Under the pieces are notes generated by a model. The model searched no databases. It was not told where the DNA came from and saw nothing but the letters and a program-made list of their open reading frames with translations. A program made the translations under genes and the position numbers. A DNA stretch of 64,000 nt from a virus, in the IMG/VR virus record IMGVR_UViG_3300025018_000098, positions 104,875 through 168,874 of that record. One strand, written 5' to 3'. Shown in pieces: positions 29,997-40,581 of the stretch (its first letter is position 1; every line of letters begins with the position of its first letter).

Positions 29997-30459
29997 TCAG
30001 AGGTTGATCACCCCGACCGTGCCGTCGATGTGGTAGCCGTCCACATCGACCCTCTTGGTCGCGACCTTGGCAGGCACATGGGACGGCATCTCCCCCAGTC
30101 ACCCAGGTTGTGTTGGTGGGGTCGCTGTACCGCTTGAACACGGTCAGCACCCTGGGTGCCGCGGCCCTCTCTAGGAGATAGTGGAGCTTGGTTAGCCCCC
30201 CATCCTTGATGGCGTCCTCAATGTTCGCTGTGGACAGCGTTGTTTGGCGGAGAAGCATGGAGATGTACTCCCTCCCGTACGTGTCCTTGCCGTACAAAGC
30301 GGGCACCCCCCGCGAGGTGAACTCAGCCACCTCGATGCTGTCGAGGTAGCCGGTGCTGCCGCAGAACCCCTGCGACTCCTCTTGGGTGAGGCGGGCCAGG
30401 CCGGTGTCCTCCTGGTCAAGGGAGTTCAGGGCGGAGGCGATAACGTTGTCTGTGATCAT
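29997..30459 (-). CDS. Hypothetical protein (probable +1 G error at 30092-30096)
   Basis: GKDTYGREYI...TVFKRYSD...TWV; the alternative frame gives a plausible end ...VGVINL*. Confidence 0.55.
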
Positions 30460-30570
30460 GATGGGTCCTTTCACGGACGAAGTGTCCGTTTTCCTTCACC
30501 TTGCTCATAGGCCAGATGGGGGTCTTCTTAGCAAAAAAAGTAACTAACTAACGCGATAGTTAGTTACTTT
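30460..30570 (-). promoter_or_regulatory. AT-rich palindrome plus promoter and hairpin leader
   Basis: Perfect 14-bp inverted repeat 30537-30570, then GCTAAG-17-TATGAG and leader GTGAAGGAAAACGGAC..GTCCGTGAAAGGACC. Confidence 0.65.
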
Positions 30571-30598
30571 CGCTCTTGCCTCAGGACCGATCCGCAGA

Positions 30599-31057
30599 TC
30601 AGTTCATGAAGATGGGGACCACTGAGGTATCCCGCATTACGGAGCGTGCCCACTGGAGCCCCCACATGAGCTGCTCCTCTTCGGTGCCGCCCGTGCACTG
30701 ACCGCAGGCACAGCTGCCATACAGCTCGGGACACATAAGGTGGGCGAACTTGAGGACAATGGCCTCGAAGAGGCTGTAGGCCTTTCTTCGATCTGCAGGC
30801 GGAACTCTGCTGGCCTGGTGGATGCCCGTGTCTCGAACTTTCTGAACCACCGCCCAGCAGTAGCTCAGTCGATCCTCGGGATCGCCCCCACACAACTCCA
30901 GGATGGGTAGGTTGTGTGGGTAGGCCCCGTCAATATCTGCCGGTGTGGCTACCACGAGGCTGTAGACGAGCGTCGTGACCACCTCAGCAAGGCGGAGGCA
31001 GCCAGGGCATGTGGCGGGATCGTGTTCTTCGTTCGTATCGTGTTCAGTGTTGGACAT
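30599..31057 (-). CDS. Hypothetical Cys-rich protein
   Basis: CPGC and CACGQC; behind promoter motif 31075-31084. Confidence 0.6.
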   Translation of the reverse strand: MSNTEHDTNEEHDPATCPGCLRLAEVVTTLVYSLVVATPADIDGAYPHNLPILELCGGDPEDRLSYCWAVVQKVRDTGIHQASRVPPADRRKAYSLFEAIVLKFAHLMCPELYGSCACGQCTGGTEEEQLMWGLQWARSVMRDTSVVPIFMN

Positions 31058-31107
31058 GGTGTCCTCCTTCACACTGCTTATAGGCCAAAAGATGCTCTTC
31101 TAGCAAA

Positions 31108-31147
31108 GAGAAACCCCAGGGCGCACCATTGCACCCTGGGGTTCTCC
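31108..31147 (-). terminator. Intrinsic terminator
   Basis: AACCCCAGGGTGCA..TGCGCCCTGGGGTT stem followed by TCTCTTT. Confidence 0.65.
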
Positions 31148-31203
31148 GTGTACTAGGCAACAACGATTCAATAACACCTACCTAGTTACTCTTGGGGGGT
31201 CCT

Positions 31204-31752
31204 CTACGAGCGGTCGTACACGCTCCAGAAGAGGTTGGGCGGCAGACGCCGCTCGGGGTATTGGAAGTCGACCAAGCACTCCACTTGTCGGGAGCCTGGA
31301 CCCGGACTGCCATCCTGCACACTACCCCAGTGTCGGGCGCCCGGACACGGATTGCGCGCCTCACCGGACAGGGTACTGCGCACCGCATTGACGGTGTCTG
31401 CCCACTTCGCTTGAAGCGAGGGGCGCAGACGTGCAGGCCGTTCTGGCTCAGGGAGGCGAAGGCGTAGGATGTGCTCGCGCCTTCCTCGGAACACGGCTGA
31501 GTAACCACGCGCCACGGTAGCTAGCCGAGCTCGAGGTACGAGGTTGTCTCGCCGCCACATAATGACGTGTGTCACCGCGGCGCACTCTTCTGTAGTGGCT
31601 CCCTCCCAGCCCACCTCCCCGATGCACATTTGCGCCAGTGTGAGGACATCTCGCTCATTGGTCTCGGGCGGGGATCGATCCCCCAGGGCCTCTGGCGTAG
31701 CGAGTAGAAGGGACATACAGATCATCGAACAGATTAGGAGCAGCTTGCGCAT
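31204..31752 (-). CDS. Secreted SleB/Hydrolase_2-like cell-wall hydrolase
   Basis: Signal peptide; LAQMCIGEVG...AAVTHVIMWR...NPCPGARHW. Confidence 0.65.
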   Translation of the reverse strand: MRKLLLICSMICMSLLLATPEALGDRSPPETNERDVLTLAQMCIGEVGWEGATTEECAAVTHVIMWRRDNLVPRARLATVARGYSAVFRGRREHILRLRLPEPERPARLRPSLQAKWADTVNAVRSTLSGEARNPCPGARHWGSVQDGSPGPGSRQVECLVDFQYPERRLPPNLFWSVYDRS

Positions 31753-31834
31753 ACTTCCTCCTTGTATGAGAAAGCCCCCTGCCGGCCGGAGCTAGCAGGG
31801 GGCTGACAACATGTGTGGGGGGGGGGTCGGTCGT

Positions 31835-32146
31835 TCAGACCAGGGCTTGGAGCTTCTTGACGCGGCTCGAGGCCGCCTTCTGGGTTGCCTTGTCGGCATG
31901 TTTCTCGGCGTCCGAGGCGATGCGCTCGTACTTGGCCACCAGGCTCGGGATCTGCTCCTGGTCGAAGCGGGCGAGGCGAGCGGCCGGGGAGCGATCGAAG
32001 CGACCGGCCTCGGACAGGTGCGCCTTCGGGCCCTTGCCGGTGACCTTGGCGTCGTCCGCCAGCTCCGCCTTGCTCTTGGCCTTGCGCGGCGCCTTGGTCT
32101 TCGGGGCCGCCGTCTTGGTCGTCTTGTTTCCGCTACGTGTCTTCAT
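31835..32146 (-). CDS. Small Lys/Ala-rich (histone-like) protein
   Basis: KTTKTAAPKTKAPRKAKSKA composition. Confidence 0.5.
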   Translation of the reverse strand: MKTRSGNKTTKTAAPKTKAPRKAKSKAELADDAKVTGKGPKAHLSEAGRFDRSPAARLARFDQEQIPSLVAKYERIASDAEKHADKATQKAASSRVKKLQALV

Positions 32147-32150
32147 GGTT

Positions 32151-32801
32151 TTACTCTCTCTCGGGAAGGGACCACTTATCAGTAAGGGGTCTGTGGTGTC
32201 TAGTTCGGCCATGGTCAACCAACGCATCGAAGTGTTGGTCGGTCCCATAGCCAGCATTCTTGTCAAACCCATACTCAGGGTACTCGCGGTGGATGATGTT
32301 CATCGCATCGTTCCTGTACGTCTTCGCCAGGATAGATGCGGCGCCCACGGCCATGTGGTTCTCATCCGCCTTTTTCTCAAAGATCATTCTCATCCCAGGC
32401 CTAAGTGCCTGTACTGCCTCGAGTGCTCTAGTGTTGACCGACCCATCAAGGAGAAGATCAACGAAGCCGTAGGGTAGTTCATATTCTTGTAGGTGCGCAA
32501 GTAAATCTTCCACTACTCGAACCACCCCACGAACCCAGGCAGTACCCTGGGTGTGTTCACGTATCTCGGGCACCCCCACAGATGTCACGGGACAGAAGGA
32601 GCTTGCCCCCTCAATGACGGGTACGAGGGTGCGTCTAGCTACGTCACTGAGCTTCTTCGAGTCCCGCACCCCCTCTATCACCTGGCCATACTCTAGTAGG
32701 ACCCCGGCAATCATGAAGGGCCCTGCGAGGGCCCCAGTACCACTCTCGTCGATGCCGAATACGTACCTAGTCGTCGTCTTCTTCGTCTTCGAGGAGGTCA
32801 T
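32151..32801 (-). CDS. rnhB: Ribonuclease HII
   Basis: GIDESGTGALAGP, VRDSKKLS, KAD...VGAASILAK, YGFDKNAGYGT. Confidence 0.95.
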   Translation of the reverse strand: MTSSKTKKTTTRYVFGIDESGTGALAGPFMIAGVLLEYGQVIEGVRDSKKLSDVARRTLVPVIEGASSFCPVTSVGVPEIREHTQGTAWVRGVVRVVEDLLAHLQEYELPYGFVDLLLDGSVNTRALEAVQALRPGMRMIFEKKADENHMAVGAASILAKTYRNDAMNIIHREYPEYGFDKNAGYGTDQHFDALVDHGRTRHHRPLTDKWSLPERE

Positions 32802-33737
32802 CGATGTCTTCGGGTTCGTACTCCTCCCCGGAGTCATCCCGGATGCGGAAGATGAGCCACTTGACGATGATGACCCACCAGCGGACCCGCGTGTTCTCCG
32901 TATCTTCGCACTCAAGCTCATCTTCCGCGACATCGATCACCTCACGCAGGTACTCAAAGAACTCTTCCAATGAAATCATTTCATCTCCTTGTTAGAACCA
33001 GAAGTCCGGAACTACGCACGATCGTACACTTCCAGTCAAGAGCCTCAGCCTCTCGCAGAATCCTAGCAGCAAGACTGCCTGGGCCTGCGATGGAGGCAAT
33101 GAGCTCGAGGTGCCTTCGGCTTACCTCGGGCTTTAGGGGGGATATGGACAAGCTAGTCGCCGTGTACGTGACACGTCCTTACGATGATGTGGCTGGGCGT
33201 CTTGCCCGCTTCGTAGCGGTAACCCCAGCCATGTTGGTTGTCCATGACAGGGCAAGTGCACCCAATCTTGGTGGCCTCTGTACCACCGGGGGACCAAGAC
33301 GCACGCACCTCTGCCAGCCTCTGGTAGCCCACGTTCCTAGCCATCAGCATGAAGCAGAGCCACACGAAGGCCGTGATGAGCTGAACAATCCCCAGCACCA
33401 GCCATCCCGTGGCTAGCAGTAGGACGCTCACCACAAGGTTGGCCAGCACCACCCTGGCCCACATCCAAGAGATCTCCTTGAACTCCTTGGCCTGCTTGGT
33501 CACCGCTGGATGCTCTGGGTGTTCCTTGATCTTAGGTGGGTCTCGATAGGTCATAGTCTTCCTTTCGTACTGCTTATAGGCAAGAAGATGGTCTTTGCCA
33601 CACGCCCAGGTTTGACCTAGACTAGGGCACTAAACTACCATCAACGCATGAGCGCCAGCCAGCCACAGCTATCTAGTACGCCTACGCTGGTATGGCCTTG
33701 AGTAAACAGCGGCAAGTACCGCAAGTAGGAGATCAAC

Positions 33738-34460
33738 ATGAGTAAGCTATTCGGTAATGAACGCGCCGCGAAGCCCCATCTCGTACGTGGTGGCGGAGGC
33801 ATCTCCGGTGAGATCGTCGACCTGCGCGGCGACATCGAGCGCGCCTTCAGCACCCTCGAAGACGGTAGTCTCTTCGGCCTTCTCGTCACGGAGGAGTTCA
33901 TCAACGTACCTGCGGCGGACCCCGACGCCCTCAGGACAACAACGTCCACGTCGGGCGCACCCGCAGAGTTCACTGCGGCCATGGACTTCGACGGTGTGTC
34001 TGCTGGCGCCGAGCTAGTGCCGCCCCGCAACGTCACGATCACCACGTCGGCCCATGCGGACGTCGATGCCGTGGCTGTTGAGGTCACAGGTCGTGTCCGC
34101 AATGCCGACGGCGATCTCGTCGCCCAGACCGACACCTTCAACCTGACCGACGGTGGTGGGGTCACCGACGCTGGTGCAGCGATGTTCTCGTTCGTCGACT
34201 CTATCACCATCGAGGCCCAGAGCGGCAATGGTGGTACGCTCCAGATCGGCTTCGGCGTCCTGATCGGCCTCGCCAACGCCATCAAGGCCCGCGCCGGCTT
34301 CATCGCCCCTATCCGTGAGATCGCGGCAGGTGCGATTGTCACCACTGGGACCTTCACGAGCCCCGCGACCAACTCGCCCTACGGCGCCTACACGCCTGCG
34401 ACGGCGGCCAATGGGACCAACGACTACGCGATCACCTACGAGGTCGACGCGAGCGTCTGA
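33738..34460 (+). CDS. Putative virion (head decoration-like) protein
   Basis: 240 aa, rich in G/T/A, AGGAG SD, downstream hairpin at about 34479-34511. Confidence 0.55.
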   Translation: MSKLFGNERAAKPHLVRGGGGISGEIVDLRGDIERAFSTLEDGSLFGLLVTEEFINVPAADPDALRTTTSTSGAPAEFTAAMDFDGVSAGAELVPPRNVTITTSAHADVDAVAVEVTGRVRNADGDLVAQTDTFNLTDGGGVTDAGAAMFSFVDSITIEAQSGNGGTLQIGFGVLIGLANAIKARAGFIAPIREIAAGAIVTTGTFTSPATNSPYGAYTPATAANGTNDYAITYEVDASV

Positions 34461-34767
34461 TCTCAGCCTGTCAGCACTAGAGCGGCGTCCCAGGAGTGGG
34501 GCGCCGTCTCCTATTCTGGCCTCGACAGCTCCTTGTCCAGCCTCTCGATCTCCTCCACGAGAGCATCTACCTTCTGGATGTCTCGGTAGTTGTGCCAGCC
34601 CAGGATGAGCATGATGGCCCCGAGCACAACGACAGTAGGCCAACGTTCCATGTACACATGGAACGTCATCGCAGACAGCATCAGGCAGATACCTGCAGTA
34701 GCTATCGCCACTATATTCCTGCGTGACCGGTAGGCCGTTTTCAGGTTGGGACTAATCTCTTTCTTCT

Positions 34768-35256
34768 TCATACGGGTATCAGTGTCTCTCTCTGGATGAA
34801 GTATTGGATGAGGGTCTCTGCGAGCTCGCGTGAACGTGCCCTTCGGATCTCATGGCTGATGATCTTAGGGGCGTTCTCAAGGTGTGTGTACTTATGGAGG
34901 TTGCGCATGCACCCGCGCAAGATGCCCTGGCGTAGCTCACGCACAGCACACACCTGCCGCATCACCAAGTAGGTTATGGCAGACGCTCGTATCTCGTTGA
35001 AGTCTGATGCCCCAATCCCCAGCTTGGCGATGTGCTGCCCAATGTTGGATGCCTCCTGCACCTGCAGAGGCAGGCCCATGTCCGCAGCATGTGCCAGCTC
35101 ATGTGTCACAAGCTCGAGTGTGGCATACCTGATGCCCGCCTGTGTTCTGTGGTTTCGAATGGCAGACAGAGACAGGTATTCGTACCGATCCTCGAACCCT
35201 GCTGCAGCTATATCTACCGCCAGCCTCTCCTCGGCTACCCGATACTTGATCTTCAT
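34768..35256 (-). CDS. HExxH metallopeptidase-like protein
   Basis: LVTHELAHA...NEIRASA. Confidence 0.5.
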   Translation of the reverse strand: MKIKYRVAEERLAVDIAAAGFEDRYEYLSLSAIRNHRTQAGIRYATLELVTHELAHAADMGLPLQVQEASNIGQHIAKLGIGASDFNEIRASAITYLVMRQVCAVRELRQGILRGCMRNLHKYTHLENAPKIISHEIRRARSRELAETLIQYFIQRETLIPV

Positions 35257-36524
35257 TTGATGCCTCCGATCTTACGTACGGCGTGCCGCATGGGGAGGGA
35301 CTCATCCCCCACTACGGTCTCTGCCACTCGAGCGACCTTCATGGCCACCCACTCTGTGTTCTCCTTCATGGGGTGTCCCCGCAGCTCCATCTGCTCGCGC
35401 CGCAACTGAGGTGGGTGCTCGAGTTCGTAGATCTCGTAGCTGTACTTGGTACACCACTCCCGATCCTCGAAGGACATGGGCAAGGGCCCGCGGCGGAACT
35501 TCATGCGGAAGTGCCCAGCACGTAGGTGGCGGTACCGAATCTTGCTACGCTCAGCCACCTCCTTCGTGAGGTCCCGGATGTACCGCTTGGTGTCGGTGGG
35601 GATCACCATCGAATAGTACTCTAGGGGGAGGGGCGCAGGCTCTCTCCGCTTCTTCGCCTGCTTACGCAGCCGCTTCATCTCCTTCTTGGAGGTGAGGACC
35701 TTATCGCATTTGCGGAAGAAGGACCGACGTACATGGGAGTCGGCTATGCCAAGCGCGCCAAGGGCCACCGAGTCTGGGTGGGTAGTGCTCCGAACGCTGG
35801 CTACGTACCCATACACCGCCTCCGGCCCACGGGGGTAGCAGCAGATCTCTATGGTGCATGTGGTCGTGTACAGAACACCCAACACCACAAGGCACCCACT
35901 CAGCCTAGACCTGGCGATCCAACGTGAGGCCGGCACCAAGTGCCCGAGGTCAATATCCACCGCCCGAGGTACGAGCAAGATGGCAGGGAATGGGAGCTCC
36001 TCCAAGGCACATCCTTGAGGCTCATATTTAGCGGCAAACCCACTGCATGGGTCGTGCATCAGGACAGTTACCTCACCCGCTGTGTCCAAGTACACAGGGA
36101 ACCCCAACGCATTAGCGAGTTCCTGCAGTATCTCTGCGCTGCTGCCGCCGCCGTTTCTGATCAGATCGAGCTTGCCTCGTGCAACCTCAAGAGGGGCGCT
36201 GACTAGGTCTTCAAAGAACTCCCCAGGGACCTGGTACACGGCGGCCTCATCCAAGGTCTTCAACAGGGGGATGCCAAAGATTCGATCGTCGGTTCCCGCC
36301 TTGATCGCGTACTGGAGTGCAGTGCGGCACCGCCCCCTCTGATGAATAGCCCACGGACGTGGGTCCCCAGGGGGTATCATATACCTGATGTCATTAGGGA
36401 GCTTGAACGGGTAGTACTTGTAGTTCTCCAGGTATGTGTTGAGCTTCTCCATCTCTCGGTCGAACTGCACTTCATTATCTTCTTGAGTGGGTGCGTCGAA
36501 CAGTAGATTTAGATCAGTGAGCAT
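35253..36524 (-). CDS. Hypothetical protein
   Basis: 423 aa, HLRAGHFR motif; behind promoter motif 36543-36552. Confidence 0.7.
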   Translation of the reverse strand: MLTDLNLLFDAPTQEDNEVQFDREMEKLNTYLENYKYYPFKLPNDIRYMIPPGDPRPWAIHQRGRCRTALQYAIKAGTDDRIFGIPLLKTLDEAAVYQVPGEFFEDLVSAPLEVARGKLDLIRNGGGSSAEILQELANALGFPVYLDTAGEVTVLMHDPCSGFAAKYEPQGCALEELPFPAILLVPRAVDIDLGHLVPASRWIARSRLSGCLVVLGVLYTTTCTIEICCYPRGPEAVYGYVASVRSTTHPDSVALGALGIADSHVRRSFFRKCDKVLTSKKEMKRLRKQAKKRREPAPLPLEYYSMVIPTDTKRYIRDLTKEVAERSKIRYRHLRAGHFRMKFRRGPLPMSFEDREWCTKYSYEIYELEHPPQLRREQMELRGHPMKENTEWVAMKVARVAETVVGDESLPMRHAVRKIGGIK

Positions 36525-37006
36525 ATTACTTCTCCTTCTTCTTGCTTATAGGAAGAAGTAGAAAGAGAAGAGGCCGCCGGATGGCGACCTCTTCTCTCAC
36601 GTACACAGCGCTGTCAGGACCCTGTACTGGCCTTGCGTACGCGGTACTCGCTGTTGTTCTGCCGGAAGCCATACTGGCCCTGCTTGTCCACCTTCTTGGA
36701 CACGTACACCTTGGCTCCGGCCAGGCCCATGCCGAAACCGACACCAAGACTGAACACACTGAAGACGACTACGATGATTCCATCCATGCTCAACTACCTT
36801 CTGCCTTCCCGAACGTATGTGCGTCGGAGATGGCGTCTTCGAGGAGGTCCACCAACTTGCGGTAGCCCTTGCTCTTCTTGTTGATCAACCCGTCGGTGGC
36901 TTCAGACCATTCTGCGGCCACCTTCTCTGCTCGCTTCCGCGGGTTCATGATGTACCCCGAGGCTAGCAACTCTCGACGGTACCCGAGCTCTGATACGGAC
37001 ACCACC

Positions 37007-38020
37007 CTAGTCTTCATCGTCGTCTAGCTCCAGGTTGTTCCACTCCTCTTGGTCGTCCTTCATCTTTCGGACAGCCCCACGAAGAATCTCCTTGTCGCGC
37101 TCTTCCTGGGCGAGCACCTCCCGGTACTTATCCATGTCGATGAGCTGGTCGAGGGCCCCATCGATCAGCACCTGCAGGACCTTGGGCGGCAGTGCATCCA
37201 CCTCCCAGGAGCTGTGTCCATATTTCTCGATGTAGCCCTTCGCCCGCGAGTCTGAGACCTTGGTGGGGTTAGGCGGCGGTCGGTACTTGTGTACCTGCTC
37301 GATGGTGAGCCCCAGCTTCTCGACCGTCAGGTCAATGTGGGGCTTCCGGTCTCGAGCGTCCTCCGGATCTTCGATGTCATCAAGAGTCCCGCCCTCGGTA
37401 TAGCTCACCTCGAGACCGGCGTTGAGGAACATCTCGGTACGGTCACGAATGTCCCGCACCATGTCCTCCCCGCTGGGGTCGAGGTCCCCGAGGTACAGGA
37501 TGGCGGCATCCCGAACACTCAGTTCATCACAGGCCCTTCGGATACGCTCCGCGGACTCCCGCATAGCCGAGGAGCTCGAGTACCCTCGGTTGACCATAAG
37601 CGTCACGTGCCTGCGCCGTGCAATGGGTGTGAGCACGCTGGCCAGCGCATCCTTCTCCACCCAGAGCTCGACATACACATCCTGCCCCTTCATACGAGGG
37701 AGGCGATAGGCACGCAGAGCAACCTCGAGTAGGTCGCCAACACTGTTGAACGCCTGGGGGACCTCTGGGCTGCGCATGCGGTCCTCGATCGCATCCCAAT
37801 CCAGTAGCCCACCAAGTCGACCACTGCTGATCAACTTGCCCAGCTTCTTGTAGCTCTTCTCGGTGTTGGGGATCGTGTTGGCTGTGACCAACTGGTAGTA
37901 GAGCTGACGCAGGGTCAGCATGATGTGGTCTGCCTGGTAGGCCGTGATCACATCACGCGCTGCTACGAGTAGCTGAGCAGACTTCGTCGTGGGTGAGTAG
38001 GGGGTATACAGTTCGTACAT
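37007..38020 (-). CDS. Topo VI-A/Spo11-like winged helix plus Toprim protein
   Basis: TLRQLYY...WVEKDAL...NRGYSS...YLGDLDPSG...WEVDAL. Confidence 0.8.
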   Translation of the reverse strand: MYELYTPYSPTTKSAQLLVAARDVITAYQADHIMLTLRQLYYQLVTANTIPNTEKSYKKLGKLISSGRLGGLLDWDAIEDRMRSPEVPQAFNSVGDLLEVALRAYRLPRMKGQDVYVELWVEKDALASVLTPIARRRHVTLMVNRGYSSSSAMRESAERIRRACDELSVRDAAILYLGDLDPSGEDMVRDIRDRTEMFLNAGLEVSYTEGGTLDDIEDPEDARDRKPHIDLTVEKLGLTIEQVHKYRPPPNPTKVSDSRAKGYIEKYGHSSWEVDALPPKVLQVLIDGALDQLIDMDKYREVLAQEERDKEILRGAVRKMKDDQEEWNNLELDDDED

Positions 38021-39996
38021 CAGTGGCCTCTCATAGTGCCTCAAGCACCGCCTGTGCAGCTGCTGCCCACGCCTCTTGGATGTTCGAGGGAAGGACGTCC
38101 CACCCGGGGATGTCCTTGTTGTCGTAGGTCTTTCCATCCTGTGCGGCGCAGTACGCCTCAAAGGCTGTCCGACCTCGAGCCTTACGCTGACGTGCCCGCT
38201 CCTTGGCTGGGTGTTGTGCACGCTCCTCAGCCTCATCGAGCACCTCCTGCAGCGGTCGATCGAAGAACTTGCGGTCCCTCTCGAGCGTGCCCATCAGCGA
38301 GCCGTAACCATGGCCCTTGTTCACGTCCTTGGCATCAGGGTTACCCAACAACGTCATGGCTGCCTCGCACAGACCTACGAACACGGACAGATGGATCTGC
38401 TTATTACTCGTCCGTGTGATGGTGTATCCCAGCAGGCGACGCTTCGGGATCTCGTAGTCCACGCCCATCTTGAAGAACCCGTTCAAGAACTCGTGCGCCT
38501 GGGTGATTTTCAGCCGTGTGATCGGATCGATACCTTCGCTCATCAACTCTTCTCCGAGGTAAGGTACCAACCAAGGATACTTGGGTTCACGTCGAGCATC
38601 TCGAGAAGACGTTTGAGTTCCCCCTCCGCTTCGGTGGGTACCTCGTACAGCTTCTCGAGCCTGGCTGCGCCATCGTCCAGAGACACCTCCTGGCCCAGAT
38701 TCTTTGCGCAGATGAGGAGGGTGTCATAGTTGTAGCCCGAGCCTACTGCCTCGATGTGCCCCATCTTCAGCTCCTCCAAGAGCGTCTCGAAGAAGATGAG
38801 GGGGTCGTCTGCGAAGTCATCGAAGACCCACCCGAGATTGTCGAATGCCTCTTCGGTGAGTAGGGTGGGTCCATCTTCATCGTGTATCTGTGCTCCGTAG
38901 AAGATACGGGCGCCTATGTGTTCACTCACTTTTCATGCCTTTCGGTAAGGGCTGCATTGATCTCTGTGTCACACGCGTTGCACCAGTCGTGGTCAAAGGG
39001 GTCCGACGTATCGACCCTCTCCCCGCCGTTGAGATAGTACCACTGCGTGCGAATCACGTCGGTACTTTCACACTCCGGGCAACGGTACATCTGCCGCCTC
39101 CCGGTGATCCCCGCCCAGGTGCGCTGTACCCACAGCCAAGCCACTCCCACAAAGGGGGTCGCCGCGGTGAGAGCCAGTAGCTCGTCTCCACAAAAGTGCA
39201 TCATCGTCTCCTCTTTTTCTTGCTCTTCTTTTGTTTACGTTTTGCGAGGCGCAGGTACCAGTTGTAGTCTGCGACCTTGTACTGCCAGTAGCCCCACCAC
39301 TCTCCCGGGGCGTAGTCGTGCACACGGCGGAGGGACCACCAGAAGAGCCCCTTGATGGGCTCCTTGTCGTCGTACTTGCAGTACCTGTCCACGCAGTAGA
39401 CGAACCACTCATGAAGCAGTTCGTCTCGATCCACGAGGCTCAGCATCACCCCTCGAGCTTCGGCTTGTTGGTGTCCTTGAGCTCGGTGATCGACTGGATG
39501 TTGTTCGCCCACAAGTAGCCTTGTATGAACCCGAGCCAGCGCATGGCCTTCTCCCGCCGCCCATCTATTATGAACGTGAAGATCTCACGAGACATATAGA
39601 GGACATGGCTAGCCATGTCTGCTTTACTGTGAATCACCCCGGGGTTCATGTTGAGACGCTCAGGAGCAAGTAGGCCCTGCTTGAGAGCGTCTGGGAACTC
39701 CTTGGTGAACCAAGCGATCACGGACGCCGCGGCGCCCGCCGCAGCCTCCTGTACCAAGTGGTCAGACATCCCGGGCCGCTTGCCATCGAGAGCATCGAGA
39801 ACCCAGCTGCGGCTGGCATGAGCTTTGGCCCATGTCCGCATCTTGGTCAGCGCCTCCCCGTAGTTATCCCCCTCCGTCTCGTGGATCAAAGCAGAGGTGT
39901 GCCTGAAGAGCATCGTGGGGTTGCGTTCTGAGTAGGCAGCGATGCGTTCGATCTGCCCATGCTCGTTGATGATCACTAGTAGGTATGCTGCAGAGC

Positions 39997-40581
39997 TCAT
40001 TCGTATGTCTTCTTCTCGGCTAGGTCGTTGTGGAGGATGTGGTAGTTCAAGGAACCAACCACCATGTTGGGGTGGAACACTTCGATGAGTCGCTGCTCGT
40101 GCCTCTCGTGCAGGCGTAGCGTGATAGGAGCCGGGGTCACGACACGGTAGAACTTCCCCGCCTTCCTGCTGGAGGGCAGCACCCGTATAGCCCCCAGCCA
40201 TCGAAGCACGGCGTCCATGTTGTGCGTGTTGTTCTTGCCTGTCGGGGCACCTACCCCGAGCAGGGGCAGCTCGCCCTTATATGAGCAGCCGAACCCGAGG
40301 TCTACATCAACCTCCAAAGACTCCAGTCCGAAGACTGCAGTCACGTGGGCTGGGTAGTCCCGGAAGCGATAGCCCACAGATCCGTAGATCTCCGGCCCAC
40401 GCAGCACACGTACCGTGGCTCTCTTGAGCACGTTCTTGTCCGTGTCTGGAAGTAGGTCGTCTAGTCCTGCCGCGAAGCTCTTCTTGAGCTTCGCAGAGAG
40501 GTCTGCAGCATGGGGCTTCTCCCAGACCGCATCGACCACTACCTTGTAGTGGTTCTTGAGCTCATGGTTGTTCGTGCTCAC
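39997..40581 (-). CDS. Degenerate SNase/thermonuclease-like protein
   Basis: YPAHVTAVFGLESLEVDVDLGF...LLGVGAP. Confidence 0.45.
   Translation of the reverse strand: MSTNNHELKNHYKVVVDAVWEKPHAADLSAKLKKSFAAGLDDLLPDTDKNVLKRATVRVLRGPEIYGSVGYRFRDYPAHVTAVFGLESLEVDVDLGFGCSYKGELPLLGVGAPTGKNNTHNMDAVLRWLGAIRVLPSSRKAGKFYRVVTPAPITLRLHERHEQRLIEVFHPNMVVGSLNYHILHNDLAEKKTYE

Noticed and set aside
31817-31826. G10 run as a phase-variation or G-quadruplex element
   Set aside because: Single intergenic run between a stop codon and a terminator, and homopolymer lengths here are unreliable
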